Part shown: in pieces, positions 19,160-30,931 of the stretch | How positions within the stretch are numbered: position 1 is the stretch's first letter | Layout: each line of letters starts with the position of its first letter | NCBI RefSeq assembly: GCF_016717175.1 | Contig: NZ_JADKFZ010000003.1 | DNA length: 64,000 nucleotides | Reading direction: 5' to 3' (one strand) | Source of the DNA: Nannocystis sp. | GTDB lineage: Bacteria > Myxococcota_A > Polyangia > Nannocystales > Nannocystaceae | Program-made: the position numbers and the translations under genes | Notes under the pieces: generated by a model | Seen by the model: the letters and a program-made list of their open reading frames with translations, nothing else | Databases searched by the model: none | Told to the model about the DNA's origin: nothing

Positions 19160-19540
19160 TCAGACGGCGGGCTTGTGGTCGCGGCTGAGCACGTCGTCGC
19201 GGACCGAGTTGGCGAGGGCGGCGACCTCGGCGATCTTTTCGGCGCTGACGCCGAGCTCGGCCAGGGTGGCGCCGAGGTTCTCGATCACGGCGTCGACGTG
19301 GCTGTCGTTGAGGCCCTTGGCGAGCAGGTGGGCGTGGCCGGTGCGCATGTCCTTGCCGGTGTAGTGATTGGGGCCGCCGAGGACCATCGTCAGGAAGCCC
19401 TTCTGCTTGGCCGCCTGGCGCTCCATGTCGACGCCGTCGAAGAAGCGCGCGATGCGGTCGTCGGCCAGGACCTTGCGATAGAAGATGTCGACCGCGGCAT
19501 CGAGGGCCGGGGCGCCGCCCAGTTCGTCGTAGAGACTCAT
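19160..19540 (-). CDS. glbN: Group I truncated haemoglobin (trHbN-like)
   Basis: The 126-aa sequence has the 2/2-Hb fold signatures (…FYRKVLADDRIARFF…M…HL). It is divergent from an Rrf2/NsrR regulator. Confidence 0.85.
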   Translation of the reverse strand: MSLYDELGGAPALDAAVDIFYRKVLADDRIARFFDGVDMERQAAKQKGFLTMVLGGPNHYTGKDMRTGHAHLLAKGLNDSHVDAVIENLGATLAELGVSAEKIAEVAALANSVRDDVLSRDHKPAV

Positions 19541-19602
19541 GTTTCAGACCTCCGCTTGTAAAAGCTGCACGCAGAATGCATGTTATGCCGGAGCGGGTCA
19601 AG
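19541..19602. promoter_or_regulatory. Divergent glbN/nsrR control region with a candidate NsrR operator
   Basis: The 62-bp gap between the two start codons contains ...TGCACGCAGAATGCATGTTATGCC..., with an ATGCAT palindromic core. This is an inference from the nsrR-hmp type arrangement. Confidence 0.35.
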
Positions 19603-20058
19603 ATGCAGCTGACGAACTTCACGGACTACGCGCTGCGGACGCTGCTGTATCTGGGGGCCCAGCCGGAGCGGCTGGTGCCGATCGCGGAGGTGAGCGCGGC
19701 GTATGGGATCTCGCGGCATCACCTGATGAAGGTGGCGAGTCTGTTGGCGCGGGCCGGCTTCGTGGCGGCGGTGCGGGGGCGCGGCGGGGGCCTGCAGCTG
19801 GCGGGGCCACCCGAAGCGATCACGGTGGGCGCGGTGGTCCGCGCGTGCGAGCCGAATCTCGACCTGGTCGAGTGCTTCGACGGGGCGCACAACACCTGCC
19901 CGATCGCTTCGGTGTGCAAGCTGGCGCGGGTGCTGGAAGGGGCGCGCGGACAATTCATGGCGGCGCTCGACGCCTGCACGCTGGCCGAGCTGGCCGCGCC
20001 CGGGCCGCAGACGCAGAAGCTGCTGCAGATCTGGCGGCGCAAGGTGGCGGCGGGCTGA
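19603..20058 (+). CDS. nsrR: Rrf2-family transcriptional regulator (NsrR-like NO sensor)
   Basis: MQLTNFTDYALRTLLYLG… is an Rrf2 HTH. Three C-terminal Cys (C..C…..C) could ligate an Fe-S cluster. It starts with ATG at 19603. Confidence 0.85.
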   Translation: MQLTNFTDYALRTLLYLGAQPERLVPIAEVSAAYGISRHHLMKVASLLARAGFVAAVRGRGGGLQLAGPPEAITVGAVVRACEPNLDLVECFDGAHNTCPIASVCKLARVLEGARGQFMAALDACTLAELAAPGPQTQKLLQIWRRKVAAG

Positions 20059-20141
20059 GGTCGGGTTTGCGCGCTATGGTGCTCGCCCCGGTTTTCGCAA
20101 CAAAGCTGCGGGCGAGGGCGTAGTGCGCTACCTGGTGCCCC

Positions 20142-21368
20142 ATGCCGACGTTCACGCCGCCCGTCGATCAGATGCTGCCGCGGACCTTGATGCACGCCGC
20201 CGTGGGCGGGCCCGAGGGGGTTCGTCGCGAGCTGGCGCCGGTGCCGGCGTCGGTGCGGGCGCGCGGCGATCGGCCGCTGCGGGTGCTGATCGCGGGCGGG
20301 GGCACGGGCGGGCACCTGTTCCCGGGGGTCGCGCTGGCCGAGGAGGTGCGGGCGCGCGGGGGCGAGGTGCTCTTCGTCGGGACTGCGCGCGGCATCGAGG
20401 CGCGGGTGTTGCCGGAGCAGGGCTTCGCGCTGCGCCTGATCGACGCCACGGGGATCAAGGGCAGGGGGCTGCGTGGGCTGCTGGCGGGGCTCCTGCGGCT
20501 GCCGCGGGCGTGGTGGCAGAGCCTGAAGATCGTGCGTGAATTTCGGCCGGACGTGGTGGTGGGGGTCGGCGGGTACGCGAGCGGGCCGGTGGTGGCGACC
20601 GCGGCGATGCTGCTGCGGCCGACGGCGATCCTCGAGCAGAACAGCATCCCGGGGATCACGAATCGGATCCTGTCGCGGGTGGTGAAGCGGGTGTTCTGCA
20701 CCTTCCCGGATCACGGGCGCTTCTTCCCGCGGCGCAAGGTGGTGCTGACGGGCAACCCGATCCGGCGGCCGATCCTGGCGGCGTTGCAGGCCGCGGGCGA
20801 GGTCGGTGCGAGGGCCGAGACGCGGCCGCCGCGGCTGTTCGTGTTCGGCGGCTCGCAGGGGGCGCGGGCGATCAACGACATGATCGTGGCGGCCACGCCG
20901 GCGCTGCTGTCGGCGCTGCCGGGGCTCGAGATCTGGCATCAAACGGGGCGCGGGGATCGGGAGCGGGTCGAGGCGGCGTACCACGGGTTCGGGCTGACGG
21001 CGCCGCGGGTGCGGGTCGCCGAGTTCCTCACCGACATGGCGACGCCCTACGCGTGGTGCGACCTGGTCCTGTGTCGCGCCGGTGCGACCTCGCTGGCCGA
21101 GCTGGCGGCGGCGGGGCGGCCCGCGGTGCTGGTGCCCTTCCCGCACGCGACCGACAATCATCAGGAGCACAACGCGCGCGCCTTGGTGGAGGCGAAGGGG
21201 GCGGTGCTGCTGCGCGAGGGGGAGTGGAGCGCGGACAGCCTGGCGGCGGCGATCTGCGGGCTGCTCGGCGACCCGGCCCGGCTGGCGGCGATGCGGACGG
21301 CGATGCTGGCGGCGGCCCGTCCGGCGGCGGCGGGGACGATCTACGAGCTGCTCGCGGCGCTCGGGTGA
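20142..21368 (+). CDS. murG: MurG-like GT28 glycosyltransferase (undecaprenyl-PP-MurNAc-pentapeptide GlcNAc transferase family)
   Basis: VLIAGGGTGGHLFPGVALAEE… is the N-terminal G-loop. The C-terminal GT28 domain has AGATSLAEL…VPFP…NHQEHNA. The start is uncertain (20142, 20172 or 20190). It is not within a recognisable dcw cluster. Confidence 0.8.
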   Translation: MPTFTPPVDQMLPRTLMHAAVGGPEGVRRELAPVPASVRARGDRPLRVLIAGGGTGGHLFPGVALAEEVRARGGEVLFVGTARGIEARVLPEQGFALRLIDATGIKGRGLRGLLAGLLRLPRAWWQSLKIVREFRPDVVVGVGGYASGPVVATAAMLLRPTAILEQNSIPGITNRILSRVVKRVFCTFPDHGRFFPRRKVVLTGNPIRRPILAALQAAGEVGARAETRPPRLFVFGGSQGARAINDMIVAATPALLSALPGLEIWHQTGRGDRERVEAAYHGFGLTAPRVRVAEFLTDMATPYAWCDLVLCRAGATSLAELAAAGRPAVLVPFPHATDNHQEHNARALVEAKGAVLLREGEWSADSLAAAICGLLGDPARLAAMRTAMLAAARPAAAGTIYELLAALG

Positions 21369-21499
21369 TCGCGGTTCTGTGAGTCGCGCTGGATCTGCAG
21401 TGGGCCGCGTGTGGGCCGTGTGCGGGCCAGTGCGCAAACTCTGGTTGCGCGCCGGGGAGGCGGATCGGGGCCGGCTGATACAGTCACGCCGCGATCGCC

Positions 21500-24424
<2,925 letters not shown>

Positions 24425-24551
24425 GCGGCGCGGGGCTCATCACGGCGCGCGCATCCGCGTCAGCGACGTGGCGCTGCTGGACTGCGAGGCCGGTCGGCTG
24501 AGACCGGCCTGGGCGTGAGCCGGAGGTGGCGGGCTTCCGCTATCCTCGGCT

Positions 24552-26489
24552 GTGATGGTGCGTGGCGTGTTCATGGCGATCGTGCTGCTCGGCTGCGGCG
24601 GGGAGCCGGCCGCGATCGCGGGCTCCGAGTCGAGCTCGGGTGGGGGATCGTCGGAGACCGGGGACATCGTGATCGCGGGGCCTCGCATCGAGCGCTCCAC
24701 GGCGAGCAGCGTGCCGGGCGGCAGCGTGTTCGTGCAGACGGACGAGCCGATCGCGGAGGTGGAGCTGCGGGTCGATGGGGTGCGCTTGCCGGAGCCGCCG
24801 ATCGTCGCGGCGGGCGGGGCGGGTGACCGCTACGGGGGGCTGTTCGCGCTGCCGGCCGAGCTGGGGGTCGGCGAGTACGCGCTGGCTGTGCGCTCGCGGG
24901 GCGGGGCGGCCGACAGCCATCAGGTCGCGCTGGCGATCGTGACGCCGAGCTTCGTCGACGTCGCGGCGGCGACCGGGCTGCTGCAGGTGCACGATGTCAG
25001 CGGGCACCCGGAGGGCTGCGCGTGGAGCTCGACGGGCCTCGGCTTCGCGGACATCGACGGCGACGGGGACAGCGACTTCTACGTCGGCAACGTCGGCCGC
25101 GCGGGCCGGATGATGCGCAACGACGGCGACCAGGACGGCGACGGGCTGCCCGACTTCACCGAGGTGACGGAGGCGCTGGGGCTGGCGGGGATCGACAACG
25201 TGTCGGCGGTGAGCTTCGTCGACCACGACAACGACGGCGACCGCGACCTGCTGGTCGGGCGCCGCGGGGCGAACGTGCTGCTGAATAACGAGTGGATCGA
25301 GACGGGGGCGCCGGGCTTCGTCGACGTCACGGCGAGCGCGGGCCTGGGGGCCGACGCGCAGCGGACGATGGGGGCGGCGTGGGGCGACTACGACGGCGAC
25401 GGCGACCTCGACCTGTATGTGGTGAACCACGCGTGGTGCTTCCCGCGCGAGGGCAGCGAGCTGCGGGCGCAGGACCACCTGTATCGCAACGACGGCGGGG
25501 CCTTCGTGGAGGTGAGCGCGCAGCTGGATGTCAGCGCGGACTCGCCGCTGCACTCGCTCGGCTTCTCGGCGGTGTGGATCGACCACGATCGCGACGGCGA
25601 CCAGGACCTGATCGTGATCAATGATCACATCGCGGGGCTCGGGGGGCCGAACGCGCTGTGGCGCAACGACGGCCCGGGCGACGCGCCGGGGGCGTGGCGC
25701 TTCACCAGCGTGGGCGCGGCGGCGGGCGTGGCGATCGCGGCGGACAGCAGCGGCGAGGGAGTGAACGGGATGGGGCTGGCGGTCGGCGACGTCGACCACG
25801 ACGGCTTCCCGGACCTGGCCTTCTCCAACATCGGCCCGAACTACCTCCTGCTGAACAATGGCGACGGCAGCTTCCGCGACGCGTCGGCGGCGACGGGGAT
25901 GCGCCGCGGGCTGCTGGCGTGGCAGCGGCGATCGATCACCTGGGCGGTGCACCTCTTCGATCACGACAACGACGCCGACCTCGACCTGTACTTCGCCGGC
26001 GGGCCGATCCACGACGACGAGCCGATCCCGGACGCGCTGCTGCGAAACGAGGGGGCGATGTTCGTCGACGTGACCTGGGAAGCGGGGCTGCAGGAGCTCG
26101 GCTCGGGCAAGGGCTCGGCGCTGGTCGACCTCGACGGCGACGGCTGGCTCGACCTGGCGACGGCGCACTGGGCCCGACCGCTGCGCGTGTACCACAACCG
26201 CCGCCCGGGGCCGGCGCACCACTGGCTCGGCGTCGATCTCGTCGGCACCAGCTCGAACCGCGACGCGCTCGGCAGCGTGGTCGTGCTGGCGACCGCGGAC
26301 GGACCGCGCCAGACCTGCTTTCACACCCAGAGCCCGGCGCTCGGGGCCGGCGGCGAGCTCGGCTGTCACTTCGGGCTCGGGCCGGCGACGGCGATCGCGG
26401 AGCTGACGGTGACCTGGCCGAACGGACAGGTGCAGGAGCTCGCGCCGCCGGCGGTCGATCAGCGGTTGCGCGTGGTCCAGGCGCCGTGA
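24552..26489 (+). CDS. FG-GAP/VCBS-repeat lipoprotein with a C-terminal ASPIC/UnbV domain (CRTAC1-like)
   Basis: It has a lipoprotein signal (MAIVLLGCGG), repeated DxDGDGxxD(L/F) FG-GAP calcium motifs, and a C-terminal …HHWLGVDLVGTSSNRDALGSVVVLATADGPRQT… UnbV_ASPIC module. Confidence 0.8.
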   Translation: MMVRGVFMAIVLLGCGGEPAAIAGSESSSGGGSSETGDIVIAGPRIERSTASSVPGGSVFVQTDEPIAEVELRVDGVRLPEPPIVAAGGAGDRYGGLFALPAELGVGEYALAVRSRGGAADSHQVALAIVTPSFVDVAAATGLLQVHDVSGHPEGCAWSSTGLGFADIDGDGDSDFYVGNVGRAGRMMRNDGDQDGDGLPDFTEVTEALGLAGIDNVSAVSFVDHDNDGDRDLLVGRRGANVLLNNEWIETGAPGFVDVTASAGLGADAQRTMGAAWGDYDGDGDLDLYVVNHAWCFPREGSELRAQDHLYRNDGGAFVEVSAQLDVSADSPLHSLGFSAVWIDHDRDGDQDLIVINDHIAGLGGPNALWRNDGPGDAPGAWRFTSVGAAAGVAIAADSSGEGVNGMGLAVGDVDHDGFPDLAFSNIGPNYLLLNNGDGSFRDASAATGMRRGLLAWQRRSITWAVHLFDHDNDADLDLYFAGGPIHDDEPIPDALLRNEGAMFVDVTWEAGLQELGSGKGSALVDLDGDGWLDLATAHWARPLRVYHNRRPGPAHHWLGVDLVGTSSNRDALGSVVVLATADGPRQTCFHTQSPALGAGGELGCHFGLGPATAIAELTVTWPNGQVQELAPPAVDQRLRVVQAP

Positions 26490-26526
26490 GGCCGTGAGTC
26501 CGGGAGCCTGAGCCGGCGCCAGGCCG

Positions 26527-27351
26527 TCAGGGCGAGGCGAGGAACTCGACGAAGAGGGCGGTGATGTTGTCCTCGCCGCCGCAGGCGTTGGCGTGGCGGA
26601 TCGCGGCGGGGGCGGCCTCGCGGAGGTCGAGCTGGAACAGGTCGACGAGGGTGTCGGCGGCGTCGAGGTAGGCGTGCAGGCCGTCGGAGCAGAGCAGGAG
26701 GCGGTCGCCGATCTGGACGGGGACGGCGAGGATGTCGACCTCGACGTGGTCGCGCAGGCCGACGGCGCGGGTGATCATCTGCTTGCCGGTGATGCTCTTG
26801 CGCTTGGCCTGCTCCGGGGTCATCGCGCCCTGCTTGACCTGCACGTTGAGCCAGGTGTGATCCTCGGTGAGCTGGGAGACCTGGCCGTCGCGCGCGAGGT
26901 AGACGCGCGAGTCGCCGACCTGGCCGACGATCACGAGCTCGCCGGCGACCAGCACGAGCGAGGCGGTGGTGCTCATGCCGCGCTGCGAGGGGTCGACCTC
27001 ACCCATGCCGTGGACCATGTAGCAGGCGTTCTGGACGGCGCCGCGGACCAGCGCGCCGAGCCGGCCGACGGCCTCGGCGGGCATGGTCACAGGGCGGTCG
27101 GGGGCGCCGACGACTCGCATGACGCTGCGGGTCTGGGCCTCGGCGATCGCGGCCTGGACGACGTGGGCCTGGGCCTTCACCCAGTCCCAGATGAGCTCGA
27201 CGGTCTCCTCGCTGGCGACCTCGCCGCGGGCCTGGCCGCCGACGCCGTCGCACACGATGAAGAGGCCGAGGCGCTCGTCGGCCAGCCAGGCGTCCTCGTT
27301 GTGCCGGCGACGACGGCCTGTGTCCGTGTAGCCGAAGTGGCGCGTGCGCAT
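26527..27351 (-). CDS. PP2C-family Ser/Thr protein phosphatase
   Basis: It has the motifs …RRRRHNEDAW…LFIVCDGVGG… and …LLLCSDGL…GGEDNIT. Confidence 0.85.
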   Translation of the reverse strand: MRTRHFGYTDTGRRRRHNEDAWLADERLGLFIVCDGVGGQARGEVASEETVELIWDWVKAQAHVVQAAIAEAQTRSVMRVVGAPDRPVTMPAEAVGRLGALVRGAVQNACYMVHGMGEVDPSQRGMSTTASLVLVAGELVIVGQVGDSRVYLARDGQVSQLTEDHTWLNVQVKQGAMTPEQAKRKSITGKQMITRAVGLRDHVEVDILAVPVQIGDRLLLCSDGLHAYLDAADTLVDLFQLDLREAAPAAIRHANACGGEDNITALFVEFLASP

Positions 27352-27510
27352 CGCCGCGCGACGATATCACCGCGCGCGCGAACCCGGTAGCCGGGCCAGG
27401 CGGGGTCTGGTGTGGGCGTGTGGGCAACTGCGGGGGCGCAGGGGCGGGCGTGGGCGCGCGAAGTTCCCGAGAACCAGCGCGCGGCCGGAGCGTAGGGTGG
27501 ATCGCGCACC

Positions 27511-28143
27511 ATGATTGCACACGCTCTGTCTCGGTCCTCCGTCGCGCTCTTGTTGGGCTGTCTGATCGCTTGTGGGCCGGGCTCACCGGACGCGAGCACG
27601 GGTGGGAGCACGGGCGGGAGCACCGGGGCGAGTGGTCCGACGGGGACCAGCGAGCCGACGACAGGGGCGGCGACGGGGGGCGCGACGACGGGCGGTGGAG
27701 CGTCGTCGTCGACGGCGGCGGAGAGCAGCACAAGCACGGGCACGGGCGAGGTGACGACGGCGGCCAGCGCGACCGACAGCGGGGGCACCACGGAGCTCGG
27801 GCCCTGTGTCGTCGATCCGGCGCAGGATGTCTGCTCGGCGGCCTGCGACTTCCCGAACGACTGTTGTCAGTGTGAGGCGCAGAAGCTGGCGCCGGATCCG
27901 GGGGCGGTCGACTGCAAGATCGCGGCGGGGATCGTGACCGCGGTGTGCCCGTGGAGCATCACCAGCGTCCGGATCGACGGCGTGTGGGTCGAGCAGGATG
28001 TCTGCGAGGGGCCGGGATCGGGCTGGACGCAGACGCCCGAGAGCGGCGACATCGTCGTCGAGCTGTGCGGCGACGCCTGCACGACCTACCTCGCCGGGGA
28101 CTTCGCGGAGCTCGAGATCTACGTGTTCTGCGAGGTCGCGTAG
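27511..28143 (+). CDS. Lipoprotein with an S/T/G-rich linker and a Cys-rich C-terminal domain
   Basis: It has a signal and lipobox (ALLLGCLIAC) and a ~90-aa low-complexity linker. The C-terminal domain has 10 Cys and ends …AELEIYVFCEVA*. Confidence 0.7.
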   Translation: MIAHALSRSSVALLLGCLIACGPGSPDASTGGSTGGSTGASGPTGTSEPTTGAATGGATTGGGASSSTAAESSTSTGTGEVTTAASATDSGGTTELGPCVVDPAQDVCSAACDFPNDCCQCEAQKLAPDPGAVDCKIAAGIVTAVCPWSITSVRIDGVWVEQDVCEGPGSGWTQTPESGDIVVELCGDACTTYLAGDFAELEIYVFCEVA

Positions 28144-28215
28144 CGGAGCTCGAGATCCACGGGTTCCAGGCCGCCAGGCGGAGCTCGAGATCGACGGGTT
28201 CTGCGAGGTCGCCTA
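28105..28215. repeat. Three tandem ~36-bp copies of the last 12 codons of the 27511-28143 gene
   Basis: GCGGAGCTCGAGATCTACGTGTTCTGCGAGGTCGCGTAG is followed by CGGAGCTCGAGATCCACGGGTTCCAGGCCGCCAGG, then CGGAGCTCGAGATCGACGGGTTCTGCGAGGTCGCCTAG. Copies 1 and 3 end in TAG. Copy 3 abuts and overlaps the rluA-family stop at 28213. Confidence 0.85.
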
Positions 28216-29142
28216 GCGCAGCTCGGGCGGGGTCTCGGCGAGCACGGGCGCGGCGTCGGGGTCGATCGCGCGGAGATCGAGGCTGTGGGCGTGGAGGTGG
28301 AGGCGGTGGGCCGGGGCGCCGCCGTAGAGCGGGTCGCCGACGATCGGGAGGCCGAGCCAGGCGAGGTGGACGCGGGCCTGGTGCCGCCGGCCGCTGCACA
28401 GCTCGAGGGTGACGCGCGCGAGGCCCTCGCCGCGGGGCTCCGGGCGGGCGATGCGGGTGAGGCTGGGGGCGCCGTCGCTGTGCACGGTGACGCGCTGGCG
28501 GCGATCGCCGGTCGCGAGCGGGGCGTGGACCTCGAGGCGGTCGCCGTCGGGGACGAGCCAGCGGGCGGCGGGTGGCGGCCATGGCTGGCCTTCGGGACAT
28601 GTCACGAGGGCCAGGTAGTGCTTGACCACGGTGCGGGCGGCGAAGGCGGCGCGGCCGGCCGCGTGGGTGGCGAGGTCGCGGGCGAAGGCGAGGACGCCGG
28701 AGGTGGCGTGGTCGAGGCGGTGCAGCGCGCCGGCCTCGCGCGGGTCGGGGCTGGCGGCGGCGCACTCGGGGAAGGCGGCGGCGACGAGGTCGGCGAGGGC
28801 GAGCGGATCGCCCGGGCGCAGGCGGTGGGTGTGCAGCCCGGCGGGCTTGTCGACGAAGACGAGGCGCGGAGTGACGGCGAGGATCACGAGCGGCGGGGGC
28901 GGGAGCTCGGGGGTCGCGGGGAGGCGCAGCTCGAGGCGGGCGCCGGCGCGGACGCGCTGCGAGGGCGGGGCCGGGCGGCCGTCGATGTGCAGGTGACCGG
29001 CGAGGGCGAGGGCCCGGGCGACGCGGCGCGAGAGCTGCGGGGCGCGCAAACCGAGGACGACGTCGGCGCGCTTGCCCTCGTCGTCGGCGCTGGCGTGGAC
29101 GACGAGCGCGGCGCGGAGCTCGGGTGCGGGCGCAGCGGTCAT
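28213..29142 (-). CDS. RluA-family pseudouridine synthase
   Basis: It has an S4-like N-terminus and a catalytic HRLDHATSGVL motif. The ATG at 29142 overlaps the upstream gene's stop (ATGA). Confidence 0.85.
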   Translation of the reverse strand: MTAAPAPELRAALVVHASADDEGKRADVVLGLRAPQLSRRVARALALAGHLHIDGRPAPPSQRVRAGARLELRLPATPELPPPPLVILAVTPRLVFVDKPAGLHTHRLRPGDPLALADLVAAAFPECAAASPDPREAGALHRLDHATSGVLAFARDLATHAAGRAAFAARTVVKHYLALVTCPEGQPWPPPAARWLVPDGDRLEVHAPLATGDRRQRVTVHSDGAPSLTRIARPEPRGEGLARVTLELCSGRRHQARVHLAWLGLPIVGDPLYGGAPAHRLHLHAHSLDLRAIDPDAAPVLAETPPELR

Positions 29143-29627
29143 GGCGGTGTACGCGGTCCGCGGGTGCGGTGGAGGGTGCTCTCGTGGCCGATCCAGCCGC
29201 CGCGGGGGTCGGGGCCGGCGACCTCGATGTGGAGGGCGTCGCCGTCGCGGCGGTAGTGGAGCTGCTGCGGGAAGTCGTGGTTCGGGTTGGCGAAGCGCAG
29301 CTCGTCGGGGCCGCAGTGATCGAGCTGGAATTCGACGGGTGGGCCGCCGCGGGGCTGGGCGATCAGGACGAGGTTGTGGGCGCGGGCCTCGATGCGCAGG
29401 AACTCGAAGAACTCGGTGCGGGCGCCGACGATGGTGCGGCCGAGGCCGAGCATGGTGCCGGCGGCGGGCTCGCTCCACTGCTCCTCGCTGCGATGCTCGC
29501 CGTCGCGGTGCTGCCAGGCGCCGGCGAGGAAGCCGGCGTCGGCGATGTCGCCGGTGCAGGTGCGAGGGGCCGCGGGGACGCCCGGGTGGCAGGCGAGCAG
29601 CAGCGCGATCGGTGCGAGGCGGCGCAT
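29139..29627 (-). CDS. Secreted hypothetical protein of 162 aa
   Basis: It has a signal peptide (MRRLAPIALLLACHPGVPAAP) and protein-like composition rich in W, F and H. It is translationally coupled between moeA (4-nt gap) and rluA (4-nt overlap). Confidence 0.55.
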   Translation of the reverse strand: MRRLAPIALLLACHPGVPAAPRTCTGDIADAGFLAGAWQHRDGEHRSEEQWSEPAAGTMLGLGRTIVGARTEFFEFLRIEARAHNLVLIAQPRGGPPVEFQLDHCGPDELRFANPNHDFPQQLHYRRDGDALHIEVAGPDPRGGWIGHESTLHRTRGPRTPP

Positions 29628-29631
29628 CGGA

Positions 29632-30855
29632 CTACAGCAGCAGGGCGGGGACGACGGCGCCGGCCGCGAGCGGACCTGTCCCGGGGGACAGCTCGAGCAG
29701 GGCGTTGTGACCGGCGATCGATCGCAGGTCGCCGGAGGTCTGGTCGGCAAGCGGGGTGGCTCGCTCGCCGTCGACGACGGCGCGGACCATGTGCACGCGC
29801 CGCGGATCGCGGGGCGCGGAGGTCGTGAGCACGACCTGCCGCGTGGGCCGGAAGCACTGCGCGTGACCGAGGAGGCGGCGCAGGGCGGGGCGCACCAGCA
29901 ACTCGAAGCCGACGTGGGCGCTGGCCGGGTTGCCGGGCAGGGCGAACACGAGGACCGGGCCGGCGGGGCCGGGGGCGCGCAGCAGGGTGCTCGGTCGGCC
30001 GGGGCGCAGGCGCAGGCGCCGGAACACGAGCTCGGCGCCGAGGCCGATGAGGGTGGGCAGCACGAGGTCGTGGTCGCCGACGGAGATGCCGCCGCAGGTG
30101 ACGAGGAGGTCGGCCGCGAGGCCGCGCTCGAGGGCCGCGTGGAGGGCGTCGGGCTCGTCGCCGGCGACGCCGAGGTCGAGGATCTCCGCCCCGGCCTCGC
30201 GAGCCTGCCAGGCGAGCATGAGGCCGTTGCTGCTGACGACCTGGCCGCGCTGCGGCCAGGCGCCGACGGGCACGAGTTCGTCGCCAGTACACAGGATCGC
30301 CACACGCGGCGGGCGGTGGACGTGGGCGGTGGTGTGACCGCAGCCGGCGAGCAGGCCGAGCTCGCCGGGGCCGAGCACGGTGCCTGCAGGGAGCAACGCG
30401 GCGCCGGCGGTGACGTCGCAGCCGGCACGGCGGACGAAGTGGCCGGGCTGCGGATCGCCGACGAGGTCGCGGTCGATCTCGAGGTGCTCGCCGTGCAGCT
30501 CGCAGTCCTCCTGGGCGACGACCATGTCGGCGCCCTCTGGGAGCAGGGCGCCGGTGGAGATCCGCAGAGCCTCACCCGCGACGAGCGGGTGCTCGTGCGG
30601 ATGACCCGCGGCGCTCTCGCCCCGTCGGCGCAGGCGAATGCGCGGCGAGGCGCTGGCCCGCAGGTCGGCGGCGCGGACGGCCCAGCCGTCCATCGTCGCC
30701 AGATCGGCGCCGGGCAGGTCCCAGCGGGCCTGCGGTGCGTCGGCGAGGACGAGGCCGTGGGCCGCGTCGAGCGGGCAGGCGATCGGCGGGAGCGGCTGCA
30801 CGTGCGCGAGGACCTCGCGCTGGGCGGCGGCGATGTCGAGCTCGCCGGTGATCAC
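29632..30855 (-). CDS. moeA: Molybdopterin molybdotransferase
   Basis: The MoeA N-terminal, MoCF-binding (…LVTCGGISVGDHDLV…) and C-terminal domains are present. It starts with GTG at 30855. Confidence 0.9.
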   Translation of the reverse strand: MITGELDIAAAQREVLAHVQPLPPIACPLDAAHGLVLADAPQARWDLPGADLATMDGWAVRAADLRASASPRIRLRRRGESAAGHPHEHPLVAGEALRISTGALLPEGADMVVAQEDCELHGEHLEIDRDLVGDPQPGHFVRRAGCDVTAGAALLPAGTVLGPGELGLLAGCGHTTAHVHRPPRVAILCTGDELVPVGAWPQRGQVVSSNGLMLAWQAREAGAEILDLGVAGDEPDALHAALERGLAADLLVTCGGISVGDHDLVLPTLIGLGAELVFRRLRLRPGRPSTLLRAPGPAGPVLVFALPGNPASAHVGFELLVRPALRRLLGHAQCFRPTRQVVLTTSAPRDPRRVHMVRAVVDGERATPLADQTSGDLRSIAGHNALLELSPGTGPLAAGAVVPALLL

Positions 30856-30931
30856 GTGCGGTCCTCCGGTGGGTGTCGGGCGCAGTGCTCGAAGGCTCGG
30901 CGGTGGCGCTCCGCGTGCGGCTCGCCGGTGA

